DNA of 64,000 nt from Schizochytrium sp. TIO01 (GCA_004764695.1 SMSO01000032.1:1860001-1924000), one strand, 5' to 3'. Counted from the stretch's first letter, positions 1-13,693 are shown. Numbers and translations are program-made. The notes: generated from the sequence alone by a model not told the origin.

Positions 1-1040
1 ACACATAGGTAGAGTAGTGCAGATTGTCAAGCTCTGTTGTATCTAAAGAGCAGCTTAGTGTGGTATAGATGAGTACTACTAATGGGTCTACAAAAAGAGA
101 CAGACTTATGAAACTGCGTGTTGATGTCTTCTCCAAACAACGACTTTTAGATTAGAACCACTAGACATTTGAAAGCAACACTCACTCGAGAGAGCGGTTT
201 CTGCTCGCAGAAATGCGGCTGGAGTATTGTAAGCTACCTGGAAAGGAAATCTGTTCGTCGCCTACACATTTGTGCGTTATTGAAGCAAAAAAAAAAAGCA
301 GATACAAAAAAAACCTCGCTCGTTAAAGCCGGGCATTTGTACCATTCGGGAGACGCCATTGAATTGCTCGGAGCGCTGTTCGTGCGCTCAAGTTATTAGA
401 AGTACACCCGCACCACTCTAGCATGTATTCAATCAAACAGTGACAATCAAATTCGCAATTGTCGTCAAAATGCGAAAATCTCATGGGAGTCACAATTTGT
501 GTATCCCTGTAAGCCCATGCCTCGATGGTTTCCTTGCATGTGAGTGAGATGCAGTATGTAAAAATGACGGAGATCCACGTACCAAATATTTTCATCATAA
601 AGAAGCAGCACCGTTCTGATTGCTAAAAAGCTCAGTAAATATCAGAATATGCCGAACTAAAAACCTTAGGTTGAATAGTGGAAAGATCATGCATGTCCTA
701 CTAGCATAATAGCTCTTGCTTCGTGGCAAACGGAACAGGCTGAAACACTGGAAAATTACCAGTTGTGTCTCGGTTTTCATCCTTGCATTCCAAGCTTTTA
801 ATGGTGTATCCTGGTAATCATTTTTAGGTGGCTGCGCCTGTCTCAAACAAAGCTGTAACAGAGACAGCATACCTTATCGACAAGCCACTCCTTGCACATG
901 GTTCTACACTAATGTGAGCTTGCTCATCTCTCACTCGCTTTCTCGCTTCAATAAGTCAAACAGGCCGTGTTGTTCTTTACCATGGACTGAATGATGAAAG
1001 AAAAAGGGATTTAAGTCTGCTCCGAAGCGTAGGACAAAAG

Positions 1041-1946
1041 ATGGGTCGTTACCGCGAAAAGAACCTTAAGTACTTTGGGGGGTATCGCCCCATCTCCCAT
1101 CACGCTGTTTTCAAAAGACTGTTCGTACAAAGACCCTGTTTGCAAAACTCTGGTGTATTAACTATCCCATGCTTAAGTTTTCCCCCTCTCATTTTGATCA
1201 CTGTAAAAGACAGAAGAAAAATGCCTGTTCCCACGGGCGGTCGAGCACACACTGGGCAACCTCTGTCATTAAAAGAAAATGCACACCGGCAACTTGCACA
1301 GCAGATCTTTAGCGAATCGTTGTCCCCAGCACTCAAGCCGAGAGGGCTGTTTAAAACGGCAAGGTCTCCAAGCAGAGGCACCGAGGCTGTAGGTAAATCA
1401 TCTTCAAGCAAGCAAATGCACAGATATGCGATTAGAGAGCCCTGATCGCTTCAAGTGATCTCTTCAGATGTGTGAAAACAAAGAAACACTGGTAGAGCTC
1501 TTCTCCGCGTTGGCGAGATCCACTTTAGAGCCAACTTACTTATTCAAAAGTCAACTATTGAGTGTCCTTTACCAATGATTCGGCGTCTCTACTAGCATCC
1601 AGAGAGCACTCACTATCTAGGTGCACATGAGCAAACGAGCAACTGGATGTTGACTTTGAAACCACGATTATTTGAAGCAAATTGGCAGTTCGCCGTTCGT
1701 GTGCACTCAGCTTCAAAATTCCTAACCCACCCCAGGCGGTCTCCTTATCCACCTAACTATGATACCTTGGTGGCGGCCTCCTCATTCTCATGAAATGGAA
1801 AGGCTGTTCCTCCAGATAGGTCCTTTTACTTATTTGGCAAAGATTTATGCTATATTCTACACCTCTTATTGCGGCTTCTCAAACAGCTTTACGATAGGAA
1901 GGGAAAACTACCTCGGTACCTATTGAGCGTGGGTCGGCAAACGTAG
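1041..1946 (+). pseudogene. Interrupted reading frame, probable decayed CDS of unknown family
   Basis: One frame runs about 300 codons with only four internal stops (TGA 1443, TGA 1473, TAG 1593, TGA 1791). It includes the protein-like stretch RSFYLFGKDLCYILHLLLRLLKQLYDRKGKLPRYL. The strand is not certain. Confidence 0.35.
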
Positions 1947-3191
1947 CTTTTATAACGCAGACGTCTCTCCATACTTCGTCAGCACAACCAGGACTCAAGA
2001 GTGCCATCAACAGATAGTAACCTGCATTAGATCCCAGAAACCGCTCTCCAATGAGCCGCATCAACAACCTCGTTCATTGACAATTCTTGAGTTCATACTA
2101 CGCAGTTCTCCAGACTTTGACTATGACTGACTGTCCCTAGTAGATATTATGTACTACTACCATGCAGAGTTTTCTTAGATCCAAAGAGAGGTCCAAATGG
2201 TCTTGCTATGAAATACTCTTGAGGCTTGTACTTTCTTTTTCTTTTCGGGCACAAATTTGAGGGGAAGAAAAGAACAAAACAGAACAGAGACTTGAATCTC
2301 AAATTCTTACTATGCAAAACAAGTAACCAGAAGGGTACGAGCATGAGCGCTGATGGTTCAAGAAGTTCCTTGGACTGCAGAGAATGTGTTGAAATACAGG
2401 CTGCCGGAGATTGAAGCTCCAACAGCATGCTCTCGTGCCCGCCACGTACCATGGCTCGTGTGCCGACAAAATAATATTGGTACACACCATAGTTGGTCAC
2501 TGAGGACCTCTAGGGTGAGGAATGAGAATTCCTCTATAGAAAATTCTCGCAGGTGCAAGCAGCTACATTGCAAGCTCACAAAGTCTTCGAAAAGCTGGTT
2601 GCTCCTATCGCAAATTGAAGGGTTGACTCCAACTAGCGATGACGCCGATGATGGGCACAGTTTTGCGACCCAAAAAATTGGGCACTCGTTGCGAGAGAGC
2701 CTCCAGGGTCCATGGCGAGCCAAATTAGTGTTTGAATCACGGAATAAGGGTAATGACCTCTTACTATTCTGCATAACTAGATATTAGGACTATCCAAAGA
2801 ACTCATAGTAGTACGTTCCTACTATTATGGAGTTTCTCATCAGGAGCTAGGTAAATAGATGCATACTCAAATTGAATTCTTTGAGTTCTAACCTAAGGAA
2901 AGTGGATCTGCAGGAGTAGCCTTGATAGTTGGGTGTGTTCATTCCATGATCATCTTCGTTGTAAAAAGCTACCAAGCCCCTCTCACCACTCCAAGGCTAC
3001 TCATATCAATCCTTATACGTAGAATAAACTCGGGTTAAAGCATGTCTCGCTTTAAACGACTTTGAGCCCAGGAACGTAATCCCTTTCTTCATGATTTTGC
3101 TCGCTGGAGGCAAGTATAAACACCATTGTAGAAAGAATTCTCTAAAGTTAAGGTCAACAGTTTTTGAGTGTGAAAGAGAAATAACACTAGC

Positions 3192-3253
3192 AGCAATACA
3201 GCAGCGATGAGACGCATGTAGCAATACAGCAGCGATGAGACGCATGTAGCAAT
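3192..3253. repeat. 28-bp tandem duplication (about 2.2 copies)
   Basis: agcaatacagcagcgatgagacgcatgt repeated exactly at 3192 and 3220, partial copy at 3248. Confidence 0.95.
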
Positions 3254-4989
3254 GGGGAGTCAGAGAGCGTGGAGGGCATACAGATGTGAATTCGATAGTG
3301 GTTTGAGCAAAAGATTAATTCGATACAAATAATCGAACAAACCACCACTACCAGCAACTGTCAGCAGTTGATAAACACTTCAACGTGGACGTTTTATTCC
3401 AGGCGTTTCGTGCAATACTTTCAATGCGGGCCAAACTTTCATTTCGCTTAGATAGACCAGTATGCAACCAATGTAAAGCCGACCAGGACTGCGAAATGGC
3501 AGCACGAGCAACAACAATTTCAAGCAACCAAAAGCCTGTGTAAAGGGCTTCCACAATCCACACACAATCCAGAGTTTTAAAATACCCGGCTATTGCACAG
3601 CAGCAGCAGCAGCAGCAATTTTTCTAATCCAATTGTGAAACGATTTCTGAGGCTTGCGAGGTAAGACTATAACTATGGAGAGAGGCTTCTCGATTTTGGT
3701 TCATTGAAAAACAAAGCAGATGCAATTGGTACAGCTTAAAACTTGTTGATAAGTCGAACAAAGTTTAATCTGCACAAACCGCATAGGGCTGGTTGGTTGC
3801 ACTGGAACAGGAACAAACGTGCCAGTGTGTAAACTCCCTAAGACTTTAACAACTTCGATCGAAACTTGTTTCCACCCCACCCGATCGCGCATAAACGTAG
3901 GGAAATGATGGGCAGCTAAAACGCAATGCGCAATGACATCAATTGTGTAAAGCAATGAAATATTTCGATAGCAAGATCCAGTTGATTAAAGCCCCACGGA
4001 AACCATCGATCGTGCGATCCTTGCTATGCGTAGACATGCACATGGTTGCGCCTCCACGTATCTATATTGCCAAACATACTTCAACGGCATGTGCGTTTTT
4101 ACGAAACGGAGCTGATATTACTGTTGAGTTCCGAATGTAAGCAATGAGAATGACAGGAATGGCACCTTTAACTAGATCTCTGTTTCGCTGAAACCACGTG
4201 GTATATAATATGTGTGCTAGCAGATAAGATTTGTCTAGCGGTATGATGAATTTCATAATGCTTGCGATAACCTTAACCACCTTTTATGTAGTAAGTGTTC
4301 TCTTAATAGTCCATGGTCGAGTAACAAAAGGTAGTGACTCTGATTCAATATATTGGCAATAACTGCTTGTATTGAATCTCCCTTTTGATTAATGTTTCAA
4401 ACCATTGATCACAAATCACGAGAGAGACAGGTGCGGGGGGCATCGTCTAGTTAACCTGGGGCAAATTAAATTGTTGAAGCATTTCTATTTGCCAAATGCT
4501 GTTTTATCTCCCTTACTGAAGTTTTCATTGCCCCCCAAACTTGCGTGCCGCCTTTGAGAAGGTTCTTCATAAACACAATAACAAATGTATATACTGAAGC
4601 ATTGCGTTAGAGCGAATTTGCAATGCGACCCTTTGTTCATTCATAACGGGTGAAATTGAACGCAACCTAGTGATGCATGATTCAACGGTAGAGAGGTTTC
4701 ATGAACACTACATGGATAGTAATTTTATGGTCGCCCTTAATCGCATCTTTTGCTGGCACATCGCTTTTAATACTGCAAAAGGAGCTTGGGAATAGCTTGA
4801 GATAGCCCAAATTCACGTTCTAGACGCCCAAGTTTAGTGTTTGGAACATAAATTTGGGCAATCACGCGGTCTAGTACATACGTAGACTGTTCAGGCTCAG
4901 TTTGTTTTGCGGAATTCGTAGTTTTGCAAAGGGACGACCTATGCATTTAAAACATAACTCGAGCTAGAACAAATGTAATGATGGTAGGG

Positions 4990-6884
4990 TGTGAGTCTCA
5001 TAGAAACTATATGTGCGTGCACTCGACTGCGACAACCTGAGCAAACGCAAGATTGACGAGCAGTTGAACAGGTACATCAATACTGCTGATACTTGAAATC
5101 TGCCATGTCCTGTGGAACTTACAAAACTTTTGCAAATTTACCTTTCTGATAGTCCTATTCATTCATAACCGCTCTTCACAAGGTAACCATTGAGCACGGT
5201 TTTTGGTGCACCTCATAAATCATTGTGAGGTGTTAACCTTCACTATGTGGTGCAATGAAAGGATCCATAAAGATGATGAAAGAAGGCCATGCCCAACAAC
5301 AATAGCAGTAGAGCGTTGGTTGCAAAGAGGAAAAGATATAAATCATAAATCAACTTCTGAACAGTCGCTCGTATGTTGCAACTTCGTCCGTGCTTTAATG
5401 CCTCCACAAACGAGATCGCCGCGTACTCAATCGCATTCAACTCAGCCGAGACGGGCGAGTTTGAATTGGTTTGCGTATCTCCTCAGTTAAAACATATGGG
5501 GAGATATTAAACATTTACCTGGCGAATGATCTATATCTCATGTCAACGAAGTGAGCAATTATAAAGAAATGAATAAGTCCAGAATGTAAAGCACAGGGAA
5601 GTCGTCATCGATATTCTAGGATTCATCGCATACGTGAGTATTGATGTTTCAGATATTTTGTTTCGTTCTAGTTATCTGCCGCCTTCTTGCCTTTCATTGA
5701 GTCAGACAAAGTAAGCGCGTATGTAGTGAAAAGGAACTAACTTGAAAAGCTTCAATAGTCCACCTATACAAAGCTCAGATAACCTTTTTCAACAAGAAGA
5801 CGTAATGAAGCCCTTCAACGAGATGATGTGAGTCTCAACGGAACATTGTTCTGGTTGGGGATCAGGATGCACATACATTCGACCATGCAATATACAAGAG
5901 ACATGTGCGGTACTTCTTTAGTTGAATGGCGTTCCCTTTAACAAAGACTTGAATGACTCAAATCCAGTGCAAAGCTGCGAAGCACAGATTTCATTTTGCC
6001 TTGATACAACACCACAGCGGGTATCAGATATTCGCAACTGGATTAAAGACAATACACCAGTTACGTCCCAGTTTAGGGGTATGTTGGACTAATCACGGGT
6101 CGTTTTAGGATAAGCATGACTAATTTCAGACTCTATCACTGAAAGTTGCTAGGCTAGTCTCGAGATTGAGCACATCCAGAACGTGGCAGATTCATTCAGT
6201 AAACAGGTAGAAAAGTCTCCTACACAGGACTTGTAGTTAAAACGAGGATAAACTGCATGATTCGTTCAGTGTGTAGCAACGAGGCCATGGAAAAGTCATC
6301 ACAAAATTCCAACTAACTGAAGCATGATAACTACCCATGCAGAGAGACAAGTAGATGATCTCAAGGGTTTCAAGCAGACCTTAGATGTTTTCGTCGAGGT
6401 GATAGCGAAAGTGGAGCTCAAAACTTTGAAAACAGAAACCTGTTGGGATGCTTGTTTGAGAAGTATCCAAAAAAGCAGGCTATCGCCATGTTTCTAATCA
6501 GTAAAGCGCATTCGATACTGTATACGTTTGCAGTTCACCATGGAATCTCAGTTGGAATAGAATGATGGTCCCTACCAATCTCTGGGCTTAAGGTGCTCTG
6601 AGAAGTAGCCATTTACGTAGCAAATCTGGTCCAGACCCAGTTCAGGCATTTTATTTGGAGGAAAACAGAGGTAGACGCAGTAGCGACCCACCATGCCGGG
6701 CGTAAAAGAGATTTCTGGAAAGCGAACTATACTTAATGAGCATCTTGGATACGAGGTCTGGTTCGTGATCAAAGTGATCTTCGAAGAGAAGCTTAAGAAC
6801 AAGAACAATCTTTTTCTTTTGATAAGCAACGACCCTACCCACCCCTACCCGTCGGCGTTGGCTACAGAAGTACGTCCTCGTTGA
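4990..6884 (+). pseudogene. Short-intron-rich gene or pseudogene of unknown family
   Basis: Cluster of consensus donors GTGAGC 5551, GTGAGT 5634, GTAAGC 5711, GTGAGT 5828 and GTATGT 6079. Candidate introns 5551-5596, 5634-5671 and 5711-5758 (the last with an ACTAAC branch) join ILNIYLANDLYLMSTK / EVVIDILGFIAY / LSAAFLPFIESDK, but the frame then hits a stop. Confidence 0.35.
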
Positions 6885-7217
6885 TGTCCGAGACTAATTT
6901 AGTCTTTGTACAACTCTGGAACAGTAAAAAGATATAAAGACCATACTGTGCAATTTAACTTCAGAAGGCAGTCGGGACAAGTATTCCGTGTTTGCAGCCA
7001 AGCAACGACGGGGTGAAAAAGAGAAATATCAAAAGATTTATATTTTTTGAATTTTGAGGAAAGACATGGGGTGAGAACAAATGCTATCGTGAAGGTCTTG
7101 GCGAATTGCAAGTGGCAATTTTGGTCAACCATATAGGGAAAGACACTGACTTGCTTTATACATGCGAAACGACCTAAACACAATAGAGGATGAAAGAAGA
7201 ATAAGAACGAAAGGTGA

Positions 7218-9134
7218 TTACAGCGAAGCGCTGGAAGAGGTGTTAGGGTCACGGTAGACCTGAGGCCAGATGATGCCAATGCCAACAAGCACACCAAGAC
7301 CACCCCAGAGAATAGCGCCGAAGGCCTGGTAGCCAGCAGCGTAGGGAATTCCGGCATCAGAGTCGTACAAGTATCCACCCTGTGAAGCGAGGTTGGAGAT
7401 GTTGATTCCAATAAGGTAGAGGAGAATAGGTCCCATGACGTACTTGACGTTGTAGACCCAAATCTTGCGGAGACGCCAGTTGTTGGGTGCACCATCACAA
7501 ATAGCGTCGTTCATCTCATTACGCAAGCTGTCCGGTGCGCTGATAAAGATGGTGTAAGAGGCTTCCATGAAGCCACCAGCAGCGGAAGAGCCGAGAACAG
7601 CGGGAACAATGAAAGAGATGATCAAAAGAGGTACGCAAAGGCCAAAGGAAATAGCACAGATCTCACTGTTGGTGTATTCACCAACCGCGGCAAGGCCGTT
7701 CGTCAGGGAAGTGAAGAGGATGATGGTAACCCAGAAGAGAGCGTCGTGCAGAATCACAGGGATAGCACCGACCTTGCTAACAACCTCTTGCTTATTGTAG
7801 ACCCAAGCAACGACAACAGTCTCGAGGAAGGCCATGACTGGAAGACCACTAGAAGATACATAGTAGTCAACGACATCGAGAAGGTAGTAGCCAATGTCAG
7901 CAGTGTAAAGCATGGTGCTGAAGCAGCCGAGCAGGCAAACACCACTGACGAGCTGGGCGTGAGAGAAGTGATGGAAGTAAGCAGTCTCACGGAAGTTAAG
8001 CACAACAGCCTCGACAAGAGAGAAGGCGGAATCGACACCGAGCATGTACACGGTGATGAAGAAGATAAGGCAGAGAACGTTAGCACCACCACTGGGGATG
8101 AGGGAAAGACCAGCAGGGAAGACCACAAAGGTGAGCTTAGGGCCACTGAGAACCTTAGCATCGTTAAGCTCATCCATGGACATGCCGACCTGCTTCGCCA
8201 TGTAACCTACAATGGAGAAAACAGCGAAGCCGGCGCAGAAGGAGAAGAAGCAGTTGCAGCAAGCAACGATAACACCATCCTGTACGACATTCTGGTTACG
8301 GGGGTTCAGACTAGCATAGCCCGTCATTACACCAATGGCAACACTGAGCGAAAAGAGAATCTGAGAGAATGCATCAACCCACATCTGCTTGTCAGCGAGT
8401 TGTGACATGTCCCACTCACCAATGTAAGAAACGATACCATCCTTAGCACCATCAAGAGTAGCACCAAAGATAACAAGGAAGAGGAGGAGACCAACAGGGA
8501 GAAGCACAGTAACCCAGACAGCCTTGGAAACAAACTCCTGACCTTTAAAGAGAATAAGCCAAACGGAGAACCACATGACAAGGGCTCCAGCAAAGGTGTA
8601 AGAGGCAATGACCTCGGTGTTGTCAACATCACCAAGGTGAAGAATGACATCGTAGAAGTGGTTGAGAGGAATTTCAATGACTTCAGAGCTGTTGGCGCCA
8701 CGAATGCTCCATGGGATGTCCGGAAAGAAGGACTCGATAAGCATGACGTTGCTCCAGCCCAAAATGACGCAGTAATATCCGACAATACCGAAAGAAATCA
8801 TGGAGCTGGCAATGCCAAGACCGGCGAAGCGCGGGTCAAGACGGCCAAATGACTGAGTGCCTGCGCGACGATAGACCTGTCCCAGGGTGAACTCGAGCTG
8901 CATGAGGGGAATACCGATCACGAAGAGAGCAAGAATGTAAGGGATGAAGAAAGATCCTCCACCGTATTTGTATACTTGGTATGGGAAACGCCAGAAGTTA
9001 CCGAGACCAATGGCAGAACCAATAGCGGCAAGGATGAAAGAGCCACGGCTGGTCCAGCGCTCATCATGGACATCTTCGGCGACGATTGTCTTGTTTTGGA
9101 TGGCTTCGCCACCGCGCTCAGGGTCAACCTGCAT
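7218..9134 (-). CDS. Sodium:neurotransmitter symporter (NSS/SLC6, SNF family) transporter, probably an amino-acid/Na+ symporter
   Basis: 638-aa uninterrupted ORF. N-terminal family signature RWTSRGSFILAAIGSAIGLGNFWRFPYQVYKYGGGSFFIPY, the later W-x-DAFSQILFSLS and GPKLTFVVFP motifs and GVDSAFSLVE; about 12 hydrophobic segments; strong codon bias. Confidence 0.96.
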   Translation of the reverse strand: MQVDPERGGEAIQNKTIVAEDVHDERWTSRGSFILAAIGSAIGLGNFWRFPYQVYKYGGGSFFIPYILALFVIGIPLMQLEFTLGQVYRRAGTQSFGRLDPRFAGLGIASSMISFGIVGYYCVILGWSNVMLIESFFPDIPWSIRGANSSEVIEIPLNHFYDVILHLGDVDNTEVIASYTFAGALVMWFSVWLILFKGQEFVSKAVWVTVLLPVGLLLFLVIFGATLDGAKDGIVSYIGEWDMSQLADKQMWVDAFSQILFSLSVAIGVMTGYASLNPRNQNVVQDGVIVACCNCFFSFCAGFAVFSIVGYMAKQVGMSMDELNDAKVLSGPKLTFVVFPAGLSLIPSGGANVLCLIFFITVYMLGVDSAFSLVEAVVLNFRETAYFHHFSHAQLVSGVCLLGCFSTMLYTADIGYYLLDVVDYYVSSSGLPVMAFLETVVVAWVYNKQEVVSKVGAIPVILHDALFWVTIILFTSLTNGLAAVGEYTNSEICAISFGLCVPLLIISFIVPAVLGSSAAGGFMEASYTIFISAPDSLRNEMNDAICDGAPNNWRLRKIWVYNVKYVMGPILLYLIGINISNLASQGGYLYDSDAGIPYAAGYQAFGAILWGGLGVLVGIGIIWPQVYRDPNTSSSASL

Positions 9135-9614
9135 GCTTGAAAGACAAGTAGTTTGTCTACTTCGAACTTAAAGACTTGAGCGAATAACACAAGTTCGACT
9201 GTTAAAGGTTCTTGGCCAAGGACCAAGTTTTGGTTTTGTTGTTGCCGACTTGGCAAGTTTGGGGTTTGCTTTCGAATGATCGCCGCCAAATGTGCTGTTC
9301 GTTCTGCTTCAGTCGTCCACTTAGGGGCAACTATTGATTCTTTGTAGTTATGCTAAGACGAACAGCTCGTGCTGCTTGGAGTTTTGCTCGTCAGAATTAG
9401 AGAGAAATCATCTCTCTTTTAAGTCCTCATGCTCTCCACTGGCGTTCTTGCTCCCGTCTCATTCCCCTCACAAGAATTCCTCTTCAACTTTTCGCCTCGT
9501 GCTCCTCTCAGTCCTCACACACCTCCACGAAAAAAGAAGTGGAAAAAAAGGTACGATGAAAGTAGATGATAGAAGAAAATAACAAAAGTTGTAGTGTACA
9601 AACGTTTTGCTTAA

Positions 9615-9646
<32 letters not shown>

Positions 9647-12600
9647 GATAATAGTAGTAGTAAGTTATGTGCCCAAGGTAGGAGTTTTGAATACTAAACA
9701 TATATATTTAAGTTTAATTTTAATAAACTTCATTTATATTTATTTTTATTTTCAATCAGCATCACCAAACCCACTTTTTCTTTTTGCTACCTTTCCGAAG
9801 CAAGGAGAGGACGGCGCATTCATTTTTTGTTCAAAATGAAAACCTGCCAATGTCCATGCATAAATAGTCAAAACGAGTACTTCTTTTAAAAGCTGCATTC
9901 ATCTGCCCATCCTTTGGCCGGCCAGAGGATCTAATTTTCACCGAGGCTAGGCACTTCCTCACGCACGCAGCACATTATTTAATCAATTCTTCATTAAAAG
10001 AACAATATATTTAAAACGGCATTTTGAAAGAGAAGTTAAACAAGTATATATTTAATAAAACATATACATACATTATATATATATTCATAATGAGAATGGC
10101 CGAAGTATTGATAAGCTAAAGAAGAAGCGCGCAAGAAGGTGAAAGGAATTGTGACGGAAAATGGCTGCCGGATTCCAAGTTGCTAAAGTGCACGCAGCCT
10201 TGCACGCTGTTTTAGTTTCTTGTTTACCTGCTTCATTGCTCGCTCATGGCCCACTTCGTGTCCTCTTGCGTGGCGCGGCGAATGAAGCTGTCGCCGCAAA
10301 GCTCGAATAAACAAATAAACGCCTGCTTCTTCAAGTCAGGCCGCCATCTGTTGCTTTTTCAACATTGGAATGAGATCTAATCTACTATTGAAAAGCAGTC
10401 CATTCCACGTACCTAACTAACTAGTATCCTTCCCACTTCGCATCCAAGGCAAGTTTTTTATTTTTTTTTTTTATTTTTTTTTAATACCTATGTAATTGCA
10501 GAGGGGGATTGATTGGGCAATAAAGCTGGAACATCAGAAGCTCTCATGGCGCATTTCTCAGTGCAAAAATGAAATTATTCTATTTGCGGACTACGTGCTA
10601 CTATCTAGCTATCTGGAATGTTTAAATGTTTAAAATAAAATCGCTTTCTTTTTCTTCTCTTTTTCGAACTGTAAACTTGTATTGCAGGCGCGAAGTCTTG
10701 ACTGCGAGATGAGTGAGCTTGCTTCATTTGCCGGAGCTTCACTACGCAAGATAGCAAAGCAGGTCAACTTCTTCCTTCGAGGGAGCCTCTACCTTGGATT
10801 TTTCAAGATTGCTCGTCTCGTCCGTTCGGGCCATCGAAAGAAACTTTTCAAAACAATTAAAAACAATTCTACCTACTTGGATAAGCAGCATTTTAAAAAA
10901 AAAACACATCCTTTACTACGTATTCAATTTATTTTTCAATAAATAAATAAATAAATAGAATCTGGCATTTCAGGTTCTCGCGAAATCACGATACCACTAC
11001 TACTCCCATCATCAGAAAGAGGATTTGGCATTCTGAGTGCCTTCAGATTTGGGAGATCGGTTGTTACATAGGTACTCTTTTTCAAGGTTTAATTTGCATC
11101 GGGTCTGACCATTTTCCACTCTCCTGTATGCACAAACGCTTCATCTATTTAATTAAACTCTTAAAAGCACTTTTCAAGACCTTTGATATTTAAAAAATAA
11201 AATAGAATATTATTTTAGAATCGCTACATCTAAATTTTTAATATGTTGCATTATACTTATCAATTCGAATTTTATTTTTTAAACCTCGGTAAACAGAAAC
11301 CACTTTTAATGGCTTACTATCTTCCAAGTGTCAACAAGAAGCTGTGCTAACAGAACAAGTCCCATTGATACGCTTTATAGGTAGTACCTCCTAGTTTGAT
11401 GTGCCAATCATCTGGGGCTGTCTCTTTTATGAATCACTTGAACTTCCAATACGAGTACCTAATCTTCTAGTTAGCAAAGGCATCTCTTACAACCTTACAG
11501 ACAATAGTAGGTACTAACAGGAAGCAAGTTGGTATCTCTTTGTTTGCCGCGCATGTTTAATAGATTTAGACGTAAAGTAATTGAGTAAGTAAGTATTTCT
11601 CTATAGACCAAAAAGCTCTGCTCGTGAGACTCCCTACTATTCACCACCTTCATAAAGGTCTTTAGGTTCATCGATTGCTTGAATGAAGAGCTATCTCGGG
11701 CTTCTTTTGATACGGACAATCGAGGCCGCCCATGTCGCCGTGGTGTAAAAATTTGAATGCTGCCTCTCTAAAAACCCTCCCATATATTGCTCCTACCTTT
11801 TGAGAGCTGGTCTGCCTGATTTTTCGAAGTGCTCAAGTTGTATTCTGTTTCGCATATTTAAAATTTAAAACTTGATTTTTTATTTGTTCAAAACATTCTT
11901 TAATTTTTTATTTTTTTACTATATAGAAGAAGGAAATAGAAAACGAACAAAATAACTCTGGCTAGGTAATAGATTTAATTTACCAGGCCTGACGTCGCTA
12001 AAGCTGAAGAAGAATGAAGCGACAGTGATTCTTCTCAAACTTCATGTGATGCTCCAACTTCGAAGGCACATCATCCCCGGTCTTGGCTCCATGCTCCCGA
12101 GGCCGCGCTATTCTTCAAGGTGTACCGTCTCTTCTTCTTGTTAGCCTCCAACTCGATCTTCCATTCACGTGCCTTGTTTGCTTGCCTAAAGTCCTTCCCT
12201 TGGTTCTCTCTGCTGCCCTATGGTGTTCTTATTGCTGCCTGAATAGTGGTTGCTTTGAAATCGCCTTACTTTGTTTTGCTTTGCTTTGCTTTGCCTTACT
12301 TTGTCTTCTTCCGACGAGATCTCTTCTGCTTCGGCACGCGGCTGTTAAGTTCATCTTCAGGCCAAGTTCACGTTCTTCTTGATTTGCAGAAAGGACAGAA
12401 GTAAGCCCAAGTGGGCCATCAAGAAGGTCTTGAGAATGCCGGGTGGAGCTGTGCTGCGTCGCATTCAAGTTGCAAGGCAGCGCAATACAGTACGTGCTTC
12501 TTCATTGCTCTCTTTCTGAGTTAGTCTCGAGCTAGTTTTTCTCCCATCCATGCGAAGTATGCATGTATATCCAGACCCTGTTTTGGTCTCTTCTGCGGAT

Positions 12601-13624
12601 TTCATCTTTTCGGCTTTTCACTAAGCTAGCGTTATTTGGCGCTGTACGGGGACGAAGAGTCCCCTGCCGAGAGAGTTGATTCGAGAATTTCCATCTCGGA
12701 AGCGGCACCTCACCATTGCAGCTTCCAAAAGCTTGCCGGGATTTGCTAGCGCATGGCGCATGGCGTCTCCCCTTAGGTGGCTTATAGGTAGTGCTACTAG
12801 GAAGTCACGATCGTTTTTATTATTGAAAATTAATATGATTTTATTCCTTTTATCAATATGGCAGGGTCCCGAATATCCAGCACCTACTCCTGGGCCTTTT
12901 AAAATACTTTATTTTTAATTGAAACTAAAAAAGAAATAGGCACCAGCAGACAAGCCAGAAAAGGAAACTATTTCTTTCGAGGCACAACTTTGATAGCAAC
13001 AACAAAATAACTACTAAATAAGCAGTGCTGGAAACCTGAATGAAACTAGCTAGCTGGCTAGCGAAGCTAAGTACCTCGAGAGGCGGCGCAGAGTTCCCAT
13101 CCTGACGATGGAAATGCATGAAAAAAGAACAAAAACAAAAACAAAAAATAAAAACGCGAATGCGCGTTGAAAGCGAGGCAAAAGAAGGGCTCGGGTCTCC
13201 CGCTTCAGGAGGACTGACCTACGCAGGTCGATCGGTGCAGCTCTCTGTCTCTCTACCGCCATCTTTTTCTGCACGCACTGCCAGGATCTCTGAGGCAACA
13301 GCGACTTTGGTGCAAGCCAGGTCGAGAAAGTATGTTGACGTGGCTGAAGGTACAACTCTGAGCACTTGACTCGCCATTCTGAGGCCCCCCTCTTTTCAAG
13401 CGAATGAAACGGAGTCTTTTTCTTCTTATTTTCAATTATTTCAACAACATCAAAGCAAAAAATTAGAAAATTGTTTTATAAAAATATACACGCTGTTTAT
13501 CTTAAAGAACAGCAACGATTAGTATTCTTTATTGTGATAACAACGGATGCGAGAAAGAGAGAAAACAGCAGAGTAATTGTGACAACTTGAATACACTCAG
13601 CTCAGTGAATTGACTCTACTCTAC

Positions 13625-13692
<68 letters not shown>

Positions 13693-13693
13693 A
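13625..13693. repeat. (AAAG)n microsatellite, about 17 units
   Basis: Directly visible. Confidence 0.97.

Noticed and set aside
6899-9289. Several ORFs overlapping the transporter (e.g. 7746-8405 +, 6899-7498 -, 8327-8785 -)
   Set aside because: Antisense and alternate-frame shadows of a strongly codon-biased CDS; no independent motifs.
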